A stretch of 64,000 bases of DNA, from positions 26,285 through 90,284 of the forward strand of contig JAYGCN010000343.1 of the NCBI GenBank assembly GCA_046583315.1. The letters are read 5' to 3'. Both the position numbers and the translations under genes were made by a program. This document shows, piece by piece, positions 39,880-49,762 of the stretch (within the stretch, counting starts at the first letter, position 1; each line of letters starts with the position of its first letter). Source of the stretch: Candidatus Hydrogenedentota bacterium. Lineage in GTDB: Bacteria > Hydrogenedentota > Hydrogenedentia > Hydrogenedentales > GCA-2746185. The notes beneath the pieces are model-generated. The model worked only from the letters and a program-made list of their open reading frames with translations, was not told the DNA's origin and ran no database searches.

Positions 39880-41367
39880 ATGACGATTTTCCATAGAGTT
39901 TGCACATACCTGTCACTCGCTTTCGCTACCGCGATCATGATTCCCGATGCCTGCACCCAAACAGCGGAGGGAATCTCTCCATCTCTGGCCCAAGCCATCG
40001 CAGCCGAAGTGCAAATCGACATCAACGAGCTCGATCTCGACACCCTTGCCGCCATCGATGTGCTCGCTCTGAACAACCTCAGCGGAATCGATTACACAGG
40101 CATTGAGCTGTTGAGCAATTTGACCGAGCTCGAACTAAAAAGCAACAGCCTGAGTGATCTCTCGCCGTTTTCCGAACTCACCCAGCTGAAAAAACTCGAC
40201 CTGCACGACAACCGTATCTCCGATCTGTCCCCATTGTCGAAACTTGTCGCGCTCACCAATTTGGATATCTCACACAATCTCGTCGAGAAGCTGCACCCGC
40301 TCGGCACGCTCACCGGCCTGACGCAATTGCGTGCCCACGACAATGCGATCAGAAATCTCGCACCGCTGACATCCATGACCAACCTCGTTGCGCTCGATCT
40401 CGGCTCCAACCGCATCGAAAACGTTTCCCCATTGGCAAAGCTCACAAAACTCAAGCAGCTGACCCTAAACCGAAACAGCATTACCGAGATTGCCGCGGCA
40501 GGCAAGATGGAACGTCTGGTCTATCTCGATATCAGCGACAACAAGGTCAAGCAGCTAAGGCCCTTGGCAAATCTGAAGGCATTGTTCCTGCTCAACGCAT
40601 CAAACAATCCCCTCCAAAGTCTCCAACCCCTCAGTACGATTGCGTCCCTCGAAATCCTACGGCTTCAGACCTCAACCTTCGGCGGCGACCTCTCACCCCT
40701 CAAATCCCTGACGAAGCTCACCAGACTTGACGCTCCCCACAGCGACATCCGATCCATCGATTCCCTCGCCAATCTCAATGCCCTGCGCCGCCTTGACCTC
40801 TCACACAATCGCATCGTCGACATCGCGCCCCTGGCACCCATCGCCAAAACCCTGGCACAGGTCAATCTCGTAGGCAATCCGCTCGGCATCGAAAGTCGTG
40901 GCACCCATCTTCGCACCTTGCGCGAAAAGGCTCACTTCAAAGGCGACCGACTCGATTCCCCGCGCGCATTGTCCAACAATTTCGGCAAAGTCGATGCCGA
41001 TAAAAACGACGCGTTGTCCTATTCCGAAGCCAAACAGGCCTACCCCTCGCTCACCGTTCTTGAATTCGACGCGCTCGACACCAACAAAAACTGGGAAATA
41101 ACGCTAGCGGAAATTTTCGATCTCGTGCGTGCGCTGCCCGATTCACTGGATGTTGCCTGGCTCGGCCCGAATCGACCTGGAAAAGGATTGGGCAGCCGTC
41201 AAAATCCCTTCCGCTCATTCGCCGAGGCGCAACTCGCACTCAAGCCGAAGGGAAAACTGATGTTGTTACCCGGTGCGCAGCTCGATACAAAGGCACTCAA
41301 GCAATCGTTGCAGATCGTCTCGCCAAAACCCGCTCCAAAAAAGAAAGCCGCCCCGAAGACGCCCTAG
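39880..41367 (+). CDS. Secreted internalin-type leucine-rich repeat protein with EF-hand pair
   Basis: Signal-like N-terminus; about 12 22-aa LRRs (LxxLxLxxNxIxDLSPL); DADKNDALSYSE and DTNKNWEITLAE EF-hands; GSRQNPFRSF.EA motif. Confidence 0.85.
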   Translation: MTIFHRVCTYLSLAFATAIMIPDACTQTAEGISPSLAQAIAAEVQIDINELDLDTLAAIDVLALNNLSGIDYTGIELLSNLTELELKSNSLSDLSPFSELTQLKKLDLHDNRISDLSPLSKLVALTNLDISHNLVEKLHPLGTLTGLTQLRAHDNAIRNLAPLTSMTNLVALDLGSNRIENVSPLAKLTKLKQLTLNRNSITEIAAAGKMERLVYLDISDNKVKQLRPLANLKALFLLNASNNPLQSLQPLSTIASLEILRLQTSTFGGDLSPLKSLTKLTRLDAPHSDIRSIDSLANLNALRRLDLSHNRIVDIAPLAPIAKTLAQVNLVGNPLGIESRGTHLRTLREKAHFKGDRLDSPRALSNNFGKVDADKNDALSYSEAKQAYPSLTVLEFDALDTNKNWEITLAEIFDLVRALPDSLDVAWLGPNRPGKGLGSRQNPFRSFAEAQLALKPKGKLMLLPGAQLDTKALKQSLQIVSPKPAPKKKAAPKTP

Positions 41368-42863
41368 ATTTCGCTTAGCGCCTCATCAAAGCGAGTCCGC
41401 AAGTCCTCGAAATCCTCAAGCCCTATCGACACGCGGATCAGATACGGCGACACGCCCATGGCTTCCACGGTATCCAACTCATCGAAATGCGCCAGCTGTG
41501 TATAAGGGCATGCCAGCGTGTAATTCGTGCCTAGGCTTGGCCCCTTGCACACGCGCAGGTTGTCATAAAACGGTTTCGTATTCGTCGCCGCATCCTTGAC
41601 TACGACCGACATCAAGCCGCCGTACCCACCCTGATCACGCATTACCGCGCTGTAATTCGCCCGATTATTGAACTTGGGATAGAAGACCTGCTTCACTTTG
41701 GGGTGGACGCGCAGATAACCCGCAATTAGCTCAGCCGTCTCGTTTATGCGCGCCATCCGTGACTCAAAATTAAACGAATGCTCCGCCAGCACGATGGCAT
41801 CTTCGCCCCAAAGCAAATCTTCATAGTCATCGCGCAGCAGTGCACGAAAGGTGTCATAAAACGGCGAAGCGTTATTCAAGATCAACGCGCCCGCCATCAC
41901 ATTACTCACGCCGCTGAAATATTTCGTCAGGCTGGTCATGACGATGTCCGCATACGGCAACGAATCAACGTTGTAATACGTACCCACTGTCTCGTCCACA
42001 ACAAGAGGAATGTCCAGCGCTTTCAAAAATCGCGATAATTTAGGAATCGACGCGCAGCCCAACAGCGGGTTGCCCGGTAAATCTGTGAAGACACCAGAAA
42101 TGGTTTCAGCGCCTAAGCAATCACGAAACGCCTCACTGTCCGCAGCATCATTCTCCGGAAAAAAATGATACCCGGTACCAAATTTTTCCTGAATTTTCAT
42201 GAGATCAACATACGGAAAGCCGAGTTGGACGCTCTTCGCATTCGGACGCGCCTTACCCAGAATCCGATGGATCGTCGCCAAAGCGGCCATGCCCGTTGGA
42301 AACAAAAACACGTCCTCTACGTTACCACCGATCAGCTCCGCTATCCGCGTTCGAATCGCTTTCTTCATACGATTCGCCTCCGGGAAGGCCTCCTCATTAT
42401 TCAGATAGGCCTCCGCCATGCGCGAGCTGATTATGTCGCCAGTATGCTGCCAAAACGATTGCGCCGTTTCGATTGCCGCCTCCGGTAGAACAATCACATG
42501 GATGCCCTTAAAGCCCAACGCGTGTAGCGTTCCCTCAACGCCCAACCGGGCAACAACGAAGTCGCGGCACCGTTCCGCCACGCGTTTCGACGGAAAGGCC
42601 AATGCGCGCTGGCCGAATTTCCCAAATCGTTCCGTGCAATCGTCGAACAACTCCTCAACATACGGATGCAGTATGAATCGGGGGTACCCCAATTCCATCG
42701 CATCCCGCACCTCCGGCGTTTTCTCTTCGTAGCCAACCACATGATCCCATGTCGGTAGACACACCGATACCGCATGCGGCGAATGGGGGATGGTTTTGCC
42801 CAAATCGGCCGCTAGCCAAAGCGGGTGATCGAGCAGACTGTCAGAAATGTGCAAGGTCTTCAT
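41364..42863 (-). CDS. PLP-dependent cystathionine gamma-synthase, long (fungal Str2/Met-7-like) form
   Basis: PHAVSVCLPTW..VVGYE, GYPRF..HP, FPTGMAA, FPYVD, VVDET, SLTKYFSG (PLP Lys), KGPSLGTNYTL. Confidence 0.85.
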   Translation of the reverse strand: MKTLHISDSLLDHPLWLAADLGKTIPHSPHAVSVCLPTWDHVVGYEEKTPEVRDAMELGYPRFILHPYVEELFDDCTERFGKFGQRALAFPSKRVAERCRDFVVARLGVEGTLHALGFKGIHVIVLPEAAIETAQSFWQHTGDIISSRMAEAYLNNEEAFPEANRMKKAIRTRIAELIGGNVEDVFLFPTGMAALATIHRILGKARPNAKSVQLGFPYVDLMKIQEKFGTGYHFFPENDAADSEAFRDCLGAETISGVFTDLPGNPLLGCASIPKLSRFLKALDIPLVVDETVGTYYNVDSLPYADIVMTSLTKYFSGVSNVMAGALILNNASPFYDTFRALLRDDYEDLLWGEDAIVLAEHSFNFESRMARINETAELIAGYLRVHPKVKQVFYPKFNNRANYSAVMRDQGGYGGLMSVVVKDAATNTKPFYDNLRVCKGPSLGTNYTLACPYTQLAHFDELDTVEAMGVSPYLIRVSIGLEDFEDLRTRFDEALSEI

Positions 42864-42867
42864 TAAA

Positions 42868-44028
42868 CTATCCCAACGTCTTTTCAACGTCACGAATCAG
42901 GTCATCGATCAATTCTATGCCAACCGAAAAACGAACCAGCGAATCCCTAATGCCCACCGATTCACGCACATCTTTCGGAATGCTCGCATGCGTCATCGAG
43001 GCGGGATGGCAGATGAGCGATTCAACGCCGCCCAGACTCTCTGCCAGTGTGAAATATTCCAAACGATTCAAAAACGCGCGCGTATCCTCTAGATTCATCG
43101 TGAAGTTCGCCGTGACAATGCCCGAACCACCCGTCATCTGGCGTTTTGCCAGCGCGTACTGCGGGTGAGACTCTAAAAACGGATAACGTACCCATTCCAC
43201 CTTCTCGTGGGATTCCAGATAGGTCGCCAGTGCCAGCGCGTTCTTCTGATGCTGTTCCATGCGCACGCCCATCGTCTTTGCACCACGCGAAATCAGCCAA
43301 CAATCAAAAGGCGCAGGCTGCAATCCGAGCGCTTTCTGCGCGAAAGTCATTTTTCCCTGCCAATCGCCGCTGTTCGTGACCACGACTCCACCCAGGCTGT
43401 CCGAATGGCCATTCGTGTATTTCGTCGTACTCGTGAGCGAAACATCCGCCCCCAACGCGATAGGTTTCTGAAAATAACTCGACGCAAAGGTGTTGTCCAC
43501 AACGACCTGCGCATCCACCGCATGCGCGCGTTCCGAAATCGCCTCGATATCAACGATTTTCAGCAACGGATTCGTCGGTGATTCCAGCCAGACCAACGCC
43601 GGACGCGCCGAATCGATCACATCGTAGTTCGAAGGGTCGGTCAGATCGGTGTACTGCACCGTCACGCCGAATTTTTCGAAGACCTGCGCGAACAGGCGAT
43701 ACGTACAGCCGTATATATTCTCTTCCGCGACAACGACATCACCAGATTTCAGCGTGGAAACCACCGCTGTAATGGCCGAAACCCCGCTGCCAAACACCGT
43801 CGCGTGTTCCGCATCCTCCAGACTCGCCAGCATCGCGCCCAGATTGCGGAAATTGGGATTGCCCGAACGCGTGTAATCAAAACCTTCCTCATTGCCATGG
43901 GCGAAGGTCGATGTCAGGTAGGCAGGCGGGATTACGGAACCCGTACCGCCATTAAAGCCCTGCCCCTGATGTATCGCTTTCGTCTCAAAACCCTCAGCAA
44001 AGGGCTGTTCTGTAGGTGTGTCGCTCAT
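42868..44028 (-). CDS. Cys/Met metabolism PLP enzyme (cystathionine gamma-lyase/synthase)
   Basis: YTRSGNP, ESPTNPLL, VVDNTFAS, STTKYTNGHSD, AESLGGVESLI.HPASMTH. Confidence 0.92.
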   Translation of the reverse strand: MSDTPTEQPFAEGFETKAIHQGQGFNGGTGSVIPPAYLTSTFAHGNEEGFDYTRSGNPNFRNLGAMLASLEDAEHATVFGSGVSAITAVVSTLKSGDVVVAEENIYGCTYRLFAQVFEKFGVTVQYTDLTDPSNYDVIDSARPALVWLESPTNPLLKIVDIEAISERAHAVDAQVVVDNTFASSYFQKPIALGADVSLTSTTKYTNGHSDSLGGVVVTNSGDWQGKMTFAQKALGLQPAPFDCWLISRGAKTMGVRMEQHQKNALALATYLESHEKVEWVRYPFLESHPQYALAKRQMTGGSGIVTANFTMNLEDTRAFLNRLEYFTLAESLGGVESLICHPASMTHASIPKDVRESVGIRDSLVRFSVGIELIDDLIRDVEKTLG

Positions 44029-44080
44029 AACTGTCCTGCCTGATACTTCGTTGATTCCACGTAGATACTACCGGTTTCCA

Positions 44081-44136
44081 TGCGCACTTCGAGGCCTGCG
44101 CACTTCAAGCCCTACTCACTTCAAGCTCTACGCACT
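44081..44136. repeat. Degenerate 16-bp tandem repeat, 3.5 copies
   Basis: TGCGCACTTCGAGGCC / TGCGCACTTCAAGCCC / TACTCACTTCAAGCTC / TACGCACT. Confidence 0.8.
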
Positions 44137-44209
44137 CGCGACAGTATACGCCTTCGCCCCGTCGATCTTCTATCCCCCGCTCGCCACGATTCGTCAGAAT
44201 GCGGGGCCG

Positions 44210-44238
44210 TTGACTGTTCGACAAGCGCGTGCTAATGT
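44210..44238 (+). promoter_or_regulatory. Putative sigma70 promoter of cysK
   Basis: TTGACT-N17-TAATGT with extended -10 TG. Confidence 0.45.
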
Positions 44239-44332
44239 AACGGCTGAATAATTCACTGAATTCTTGGGTTCAATTGTAAATTGTAAACGGTTGTACCTGA
44301 ATGAACATAATCACCTGGAAAGGAACGATCAC

Positions 44333-45256
44333 ATGCGCGTGTATGAAGATTCTTCAAAAAGTATCGGGAACACCCCTCTTGTCAATCTGCATAAGCTCAG
44401 CAAGGGACTTAAGGCGAAGGTGTATGCCAAAATCGAAGGCCGTAATCCGGCGTACTCAGTGAAATGCCGTCTTGGTGCTGGAATGATTTGGGATGCGGAA
44501 GAACGCGGCATCCTTTCGCTTGGCAGCAAAATCGTGGAGCCGACATCGGGCAACACAGGTATCGCACTTGCGTTCATTTGTGCGGCACGAGGCTATGACC
44601 TGACGCTGACCATGCCCGAGACGATGAGTATTGAGCGACGCAACATGCTGAAAGCTTTCGGTGCGAAACTGATTCTTACGCCCGGTGAAAAAGGCATGAA
44701 CGGCGCCATCGCCGAAGCGGAAAAAGTTGCCGAAGACCCGGACTTCTTCCTGCCGCAGCAGTTCAAGAATCCCGCCAACCCGGCCATCCATGAAAAAACG
44801 ACAGGGCCCGAGATCTGGAATGACACCGACGGTTCAGTTGACGTCTTTGTCTCTGGTGTAGGCACAGGCGGCACCATCACTGGTGTCGGTCGCTACTTCA
44901 AGGCTCAGGATAAAGATATTGAGATCGTCGCGGTTGAACCGGCCCATTCGGCTGTGCTTTCCGGTGGAGACCCCGGTCCTCACAAGATTCAGGGGATTGG
45001 TGCAGGATTCATCCCAGATGTGCTCGATGTAAGCCTGATTGACAAAATTGAGCAGGTCACGAATGACGAATCCTTCGAGATGGCGCGACGCCTCGCCAAA
45101 GAAGAAGGTCTCATCAGCGGAATCAGCTCCGGCGCGGCGACCGTGGCGGCGTTGCGTCTTGCGGCACAAGATGAGTACGACGGCAAAACCATCGTCGTGG
45201 TGTTACCCGACTCCGGAGAGCGCTACCTGTCCACCGCACTCTTCGAAAGCGCGTAA
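44333..45256 (+). CDS. cysK: Cysteine synthase A
   Basis: [16 protein letters not shown] (PLP Lys), [40 protein letters not shown]. Confidence 0.96.
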   Translation: MRVYEDSSKSIGNTPLVNLHKLSKGLKAKVYAKIEGRNPAYSVKCRLGAGMIWDAEERGILSLGSKIVEPTSGNTGIALAFICAARGYDLTLTMPETMSIERRNMLKAFGAKLILTPGEKGMNGAIAEAEKVAEDPDFFLPQQFKNPANPAIHEKTTGPEIWNDTDGSVDVFVSGVGTGGTITGVGRYFKAQDKDIEIVAVEPAHSAVLSGGDPGPHKIQGIGAGFIPDVLDVSLIDKIEQVTNDESFEMARRLAKEEGLISGISSGAATVAALRLAAQDEYDGKTIVVVLPDSGERYLSTALFESA

Positions 45257-45285
45257 TTCAATAAAACCACTTTAGGTGATTTTCT

Positions 45286-45325
45286 ACACCGCCTCAGGTC
45301 TTGGACTTGGGGCGGTGTTGTGTTA
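45286..45325 (+). terminator. Putative intrinsic terminator after cysK
   Basis: 15-bp stem ACACCGCCTCAGGTC-TTG-GACTTGGGGCGGTGT (two G.U pairs on +) followed by a T-rich tail. Confidence 0.55.
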
Positions 45326-45375
45326 TGGTGTTTCTTTGCTTTTCCAGCGACCCCTATATCAGTAAGGAACATATT

Positions 45376-47367
45376 ATGACGGTAGTCTCAACCATTCGTA
45401 ATTCTCTAAACGGTGCTCTAGCTCTAATTCTTTTTGTCGCGTCAACGGCTTCCGCGCAGAACGGCGCTCCTAACGGCGAATGGCATCACTACGCCGGCGA
45501 CCACGGCTCCACCAAGTATTCCGCACTCGACCAGATCAACCGCGAGAACTTCGATCAGATCAAACCGGCCTGGCGCTGGGAATCCATCGACATCAACCTT
45601 GATGGCAAAACCCAATTCAAGCCCTTCTTCTTTCGCGGCACGCCCATCTACGTCGACGGCATATTGTATATGTCCACCGGCCTGCATCAGGTCGCAGCCA
45701 TAAACGCGACCGACGGCTCCCTCATCTGGGGCTACGACACCGAAGCCTATGCGAAAGGCAACATCACCCACAGCATGTGGCACCATCGCGGTGTAGAGTA
45801 CTGGACCGACGGCACCGAAGAACGCATCTTCATTTCCACCGGCGGCCGCCAACTCGTTTCCATCGACGCGAAAACAGGCAAACCTGATCCGAACTTCGGC
45901 AACAACGGAAAAGTTGACCACCTCAACGACCTCGGACGTCCCGTCAATGCGCGCAATATCTCCGACAACAAACCACCCATCGTCGTCGGCGATACCGTTG
46001 TCATAGGCTCCATCATCATGGACTTCCCAAGCCTGCAACTCGCGCCTCCCGGACACATTCGCGGCTACGACGTGCGCACGGGAAAACTGAAATGGCGTTT
46101 CAATACCATCCCGCAAGCCGGAGAGGTCGGCAACGAAACCTGGCTCAACGATTCCTGGAAAAAAGCAGGCAACACCAACGTGTGGTCACTCATGACTGCC
46201 GACGATGAACTCGGATACCTCTACCTGCCCATCGGCACACCCACCAACGACTACTACGGCGGCCATCGTCCCGGCGACAACCTCTACGCCGAAAGCCTGC
46301 TCTGCCTTGATGCCGAAACAGGTAAAAAGGTCTGGCATTTTCAGGCCGTACACCACGGTATCTGGGACTACGACTTTCCCTGCGCACCCAACCTCGTCGA
46401 CATCACTGTAGACGGCAAAAAAATCAAAGCCGTCGCCCAAGTCAGCAAACAAGGCTTCACCTACGTATTCAACCGCGTGACCGGAGAACCCATCTGGCCC
46501 ATCGAAGAACGCCTCGTCCCTGCGTCCTGGGTACCCGGCGAACTGCTCTCCAAAACTCAGCCCTTCCCCACAAAACCACCCGCCTTCGAAGTACAAGGTC
46601 TCACAGATGAAACCATCATCGATTTCACCCCTGAACTGCGCGCCGAAGCCATGAAAATCCTCGAAGACTACACCTACGGCCCGCTATTTACACCGAACAC
46701 GGTCGCTGGTGAAGACGGCAAACAAGGCACACTCGTACTGCCCGGCGCATCCGGTGGAGCGAACTGGCCCGGTGCTTCCTTTGACCCCGATACCGGAATC
46801 CTCTACGTGCAATCCGCGTCCAATATCTCCGTCATGGCGCTATCCAAACCTGATGCCGCGCGTTCCGACTTCACTTACTCCATTTCATTCGGCAGAGTTG
46901 AGGGACCCCAAGGCCTGCCGCTCACGAAGCCGCCCTACCGCCGCATCACCGCCATCGACCTCAACAAAGGCGAACACGCCTGGCAAATTCCATTCGGTGA
47001 CGGCCCCCGCAATCACCCCGCGCTCAAGGATCTGAATCTCGGCCCCCTTGGGACAAAATTCCAGGAAGGCGTGATCGCAGAAGGCGGACTGCTCGTCACG
47101 AAAACCCTGCTCATCGGATTCCTGCCGATCCTCGATGAACTCGGTGACCGCGTCGCCACCGGTTCCCTGCTGCAAGCCTTCGACAAAGCCACCGGCGAGC
47201 TGCTCCACAGTCTCGAAATCGACACCGTTTTACACGGCTCGCCCATGACCTACATGCACGGCGGCAAACAGTACATTGTGTTCTCCGCTGGTGGTGGCTC
47301 ACCGCGCGTCGGTGGGGATCCTCTTAAATCTGAACTGCTCGCCTTCGCATTACCCAGCAAACTCTAA
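45376..47367 (+). CDS. Soluble periplasmic PQQ-dependent dehydrogenase, glucose/quinate/shikimate family
   Basis: Signal peptide; W.HYAGD..STKYS.LDQIN, PPGHIRGYDVRTGKL.W, HHGIWDYD, GGANWPG, PMTY...GKQY; lacks the N-terminal TM anchor of Gcd. Confidence 0.88.
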   Translation: MTVVSTIRNSLNGALALILFVASTASAQNGAPNGEWHHYAGDHGSTKYSALDQINRENFDQIKPAWRWESIDINLDGKTQFKPFFFRGTPIYVDGILYMSTGLHQVAAINATDGSLIWGYDTEAYAKGNITHSMWHHRGVEYWTDGTEERIFISTGGRQLVSIDAKTGKPDPNFGNNGKVDHLNDLGRPVNARNISDNKPPIVVGDTVVIGSIIMDFPSLQLAPPGHIRGYDVRTGKLKWRFNTIPQAGEVGNETWLNDSWKKAGNTNVWSLMTADDELGYLYLPIGTPTNDYYGGHRPGDNLYAESLLCLDAETGKKVWHFQAVHHGIWDYDFPCAPNLVDITVDGKKIKAVAQVSKQGFTYVFNRVTGEPIWPIEERLVPASWVPGELLSKTQPFPTKPPAFEVQGLTDETIIDFTPELRAEAMKILEDYTYGPLFTPNTVAGEDGKQGTLVLPGASGGANWPGASFDPDTGILYVQSASNISVMALSKPDAARSDFTYSISFGRVEGPQGLPLTKPPYRRITAIDLNKGEHAWQIPFGDGPRNHPALKDLNLGPLGTKFQEGVIAEGGLLVTKTLLIGFLPILDELGDRVATGSLLQAFDKATGELLHSLEIDTVLHGSPMTYMHGGKQYIVFSAGGGSPRVGGDPLKSELLAFALPSKL

Positions 47368-47382
47368 AAAAGGAAACCACTC

Positions 47383-48288
47383 ATGAAACTATCGAAAATC
47401 ATTACCGGACTCAGCCTTGGCCTTTTCGCCATCACGGCAAACGCTCAACCCAAAGTCGAACCCGCACATTTTCATCACGTGCACCTCAACGTCACCAACC
47501 CGGCAAACACACTGAAATTCTATACCAAGAATCTCGGCGCCGTAGAGGTCAATTATCGCGGAAAATCCAAAGCCCTCTTCTCCGAAAGCTCCTTTTTCCT
47601 GCTCAATAAAGTCGATAAAGCCCCCGAATGGCGTCCTCACACCGCGTTGTCCCATATCGGCTGGTCCACCACCGACGGCCCCGCTACATTCGAATGGCTC
47701 ACGAAACAAAATGTCAAATGGGAGACTGAAATCGCCAGCCTCGGCGCGAATCAGGGCATGTATTTTTACGGCCCCGATAAAGAACTCGTCGAAGTCTGGA
47801 CAGGCAGCCGTAACCACCGCTTCGAACACCTCCACTTCTGGGCCACCGACGCCGAAGTAACCGGAGCCTGGTTCAACGATCACCTAGGCGTACCCGGACG
47901 CGTTGGTCCCAAACCCACGCTCAAAGACTACGACAACATCGCCGCCCTGCGCATGGGATTTCTGCAATGCGGTAACGTCAACCTCATCATCTTCGAGCGC
48001 CCTGATTTCGATAGCCGTTGGTTTCCCGGCGGTAGCTACAAAAAAGAAGAAGGCCCCGGCGAAGAGTTTGCCCCCACCAAAGACACCGCCATCGACCACC
48101 TCGCCTTTTCCTATCGCGAGATCAAACCCGTCTACGATCGCATGAAAGCCGCCGGAGTGGAAATCGTGGAGGACATCAAAGTCAGTGAGCAATATGGGCA
48201 TACCAGCTTTTTCGTGATGGCGCCCGACAACTTGCTCGTCGAAGTCGTGCAAGAAAAACCCATACCCGAAGGCATCTGGGAAGATTAA
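47383..48288 (+). CDS. Secreted two-domain VOC (glyoxalase/extradiol dioxygenase) family protein
   Basis: Signal peptide; FHHVHLN, LSHIGW, GPDKELVEV, FEHLHF, IDHLAF, APDNLLVEV. Confidence 0.8.
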   Translation: MKLSKIITGLSLGLFAITANAQPKVEPAHFHHVHLNVTNPANTLKFYTKNLGAVEVNYRGKSKALFSESSFFLLNKVDKAPEWRPHTALSHIGWSTTDGPATFEWLTKQNVKWETEIASLGANQGMYFYGPDKELVEVWTGSRNHRFEHLHFWATDAEVTGAWFNDHLGVPGRVGPKPTLKDYDNIAALRMGFLQCGNVNLIIFERPDFDSRWFPGGSYKKEEGPGEEFAPTKDTAIDHLAFSYREIKPVYDRMKAAGVEIVEDIKVSEQYGHTSFFVMAPDNLLVEVVQEKPIPEGIWED

Positions 48289-48312
48289 CGTTCCACCCGC
48301 AGGAGTATGAAA

Positions 48313-49680
48313 ATGCACCGAGTGTTACCCATCGTATTATCGTTATTACTAGTCAACCTTGTCGCATCCGCCGACTTCAAAGCCGGAGCCGCCAAGGTAG
48401 ACATCACACCCGAACCCGGACTCACCAGTTGGGGCTACTCCCCGCCACCCACCATGACCGGCACCCTCGATCAGTTGTACGCCAAGGCCCTCGTTGTGCA
48501 GGCGAATGATTCCACCATCGCGATTGTCACGATGGATCTCGGTCGCGTGCTCATTCCGTCCTTGCTCGACGAAATTCGCGCGCGCGTCGCCAAAGCCGGC
48601 ATCGACCACGTCATGTTCACCGCGTCCCACACCCACCAGGCACCGCCCGTCGACATTGATGCCGATTACACGCGCAAAATGGCCAAACAGATGGGGGACT
48701 GCATTCTCGAAGCGCACGGAAAACTGGCATCCGCAATAATCGGCGTGGGACGCACCACCATCGACATCGCCTCGAACCGAAGAAAGACCCTGTCCAACGG
48801 CCAATGCATGATGGTCTGGCGCAATGACGAACAAATACCCCTCGGCCCCATCGACAAAGAAGCCGGCATCATCCGAATCGACTCCGCATCGGGCGATCCA
48901 ATCGCGGTATTGACCAACTACGCCTGCCATCCCGTCGTGCTCAGCTGGGACAACACTAAATATTCCGCCGACTGGGTGGGCGAGATGAACCGCGTCATCG
49001 AAGACGCCACCGGAGCCGTCAGCCTCTTCTTGCAAGGCGGTTCAGGCGACATCAATCCCTACCTCGACAAAACGGCCATCAAAGACGGCGGCATCGAAGC
49101 CATGCGCGGCGTCGGACGTGCCGCCGGAAACGCCGTACTCACCGCGTTGCCCGGAATCAAGCCCGTCGCACCCGAATCCCCCTCCGTAAAAGTCGCCACC
49201 CAACGCGTTGAAGTTGGCATCCGCTGGGATCTCTCCAAAGAGAAAAATCGCGCGACACTCCGGGAAGTCTACGGCGACTACATGTTCGATAAATACCTGT
49301 CCCAACTGCCCGCTGACCTTTCAGTTCCCATTTCCGTCATCATGCTCAACGAAGACCTCGCCATCGCTGCCATGCCCGGTGAACCCTTTGTGCAATACCA
49401 GCTCAGCCTCAAAGATCTAAGCCCCGTCAAAGACACCTTCATGGTCGCCTACACCGACGAATTCCACATCTACATCCCCAGCATCAAGGGTTCCGCCGCA
49501 CGCGGATACGGTGCCGCAGCCAACACCTACGTCGGCGTCGGAGCCGGAGACCGCATGCTGACGGAGTTATTGCTGGACATCGGTCGCCTATCCGGAAAAA
49601 TATCGACTGATCCGACAGTAGAAGACTTCCAACTCCTGGAAGGCGGCCCAAATGACACGTTGGAAACGGTCGGGCAGTAG
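48313..49680 (+). CDS. Secreted neutral/alkaline ceramidase-like protein
   Basis: Signal peptide; AGAAKVDITP, ASHTHQAP, NYACHP, SADW.G, LQGGSGDINP, MPGEPF; alternative ATG at 48307. Confidence 0.78.
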   Translation: MHRVLPIVLSLLLVNLVASADFKAGAAKVDITPEPGLTSWGYSPPPTMTGTLDQLYAKALVVQANDSTIAIVTMDLGRVLIPSLLDEIRARVAKAGIDHVMFTASHTHQAPPVDIDADYTRKMAKQMGDCILEAHGKLASAIIGVGRTTIDIASNRRKTLSNGQCMMVWRNDEQIPLGPIDKEAGIIRIDSASGDPIAVLTNYACHPVVLSWDNTKYSADWVGEMNRVIEDATGAVSLFLQGGSGDINPYLDKTAIKDGGIEAMRGVGRAAGNAVLTALPGIKPVAPESPSVKVATQRVEVGIRWDLSKEKNRATLREVYGDYMFDKYLSQLPADLSVPISVIMLNEDLAIAAMPGEPFVQYQLSLKDLSPVKDTFMVAYTDEFHIYIPSIKGSAARGYGAAANTYVGVGAGDRMLTELLLDIGRLSGKISTDPTVEDFQLLEGGPNDTLETVGQ

Positions 49681-49700
49681 TACCAATCTATTCTTCTTCG

Positions 49701-49730
49701 GTTCTTTCTTCTTTTCCAAGAAGAAAGAAC
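49701..49730. repeat. Perfect 13-bp inverted repeat (pyrimidine arm/purine arm) between co-directional genes
   Basis: GTTCTTTCTTCTT-TTCC-AAGAAGAAAGAAC. Confidence 0.7.
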
Positions 49731-49762
49731 GCGGCTAAATGTTCTTATCAACAGGAGCTAAC

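Noticed and set aside
44081..44136. Possible mini-CRISPR array
   Set aside because: Units are contiguous 16-mers without spacers and there are no cas genes in the window.
44029..44332. SAM riboswitch or T-box upstream of Cys/Met genes
   Set aside because: I could not find SAM-I/II or T-box consensus elements by eye; an Rfam scan would be decisive.
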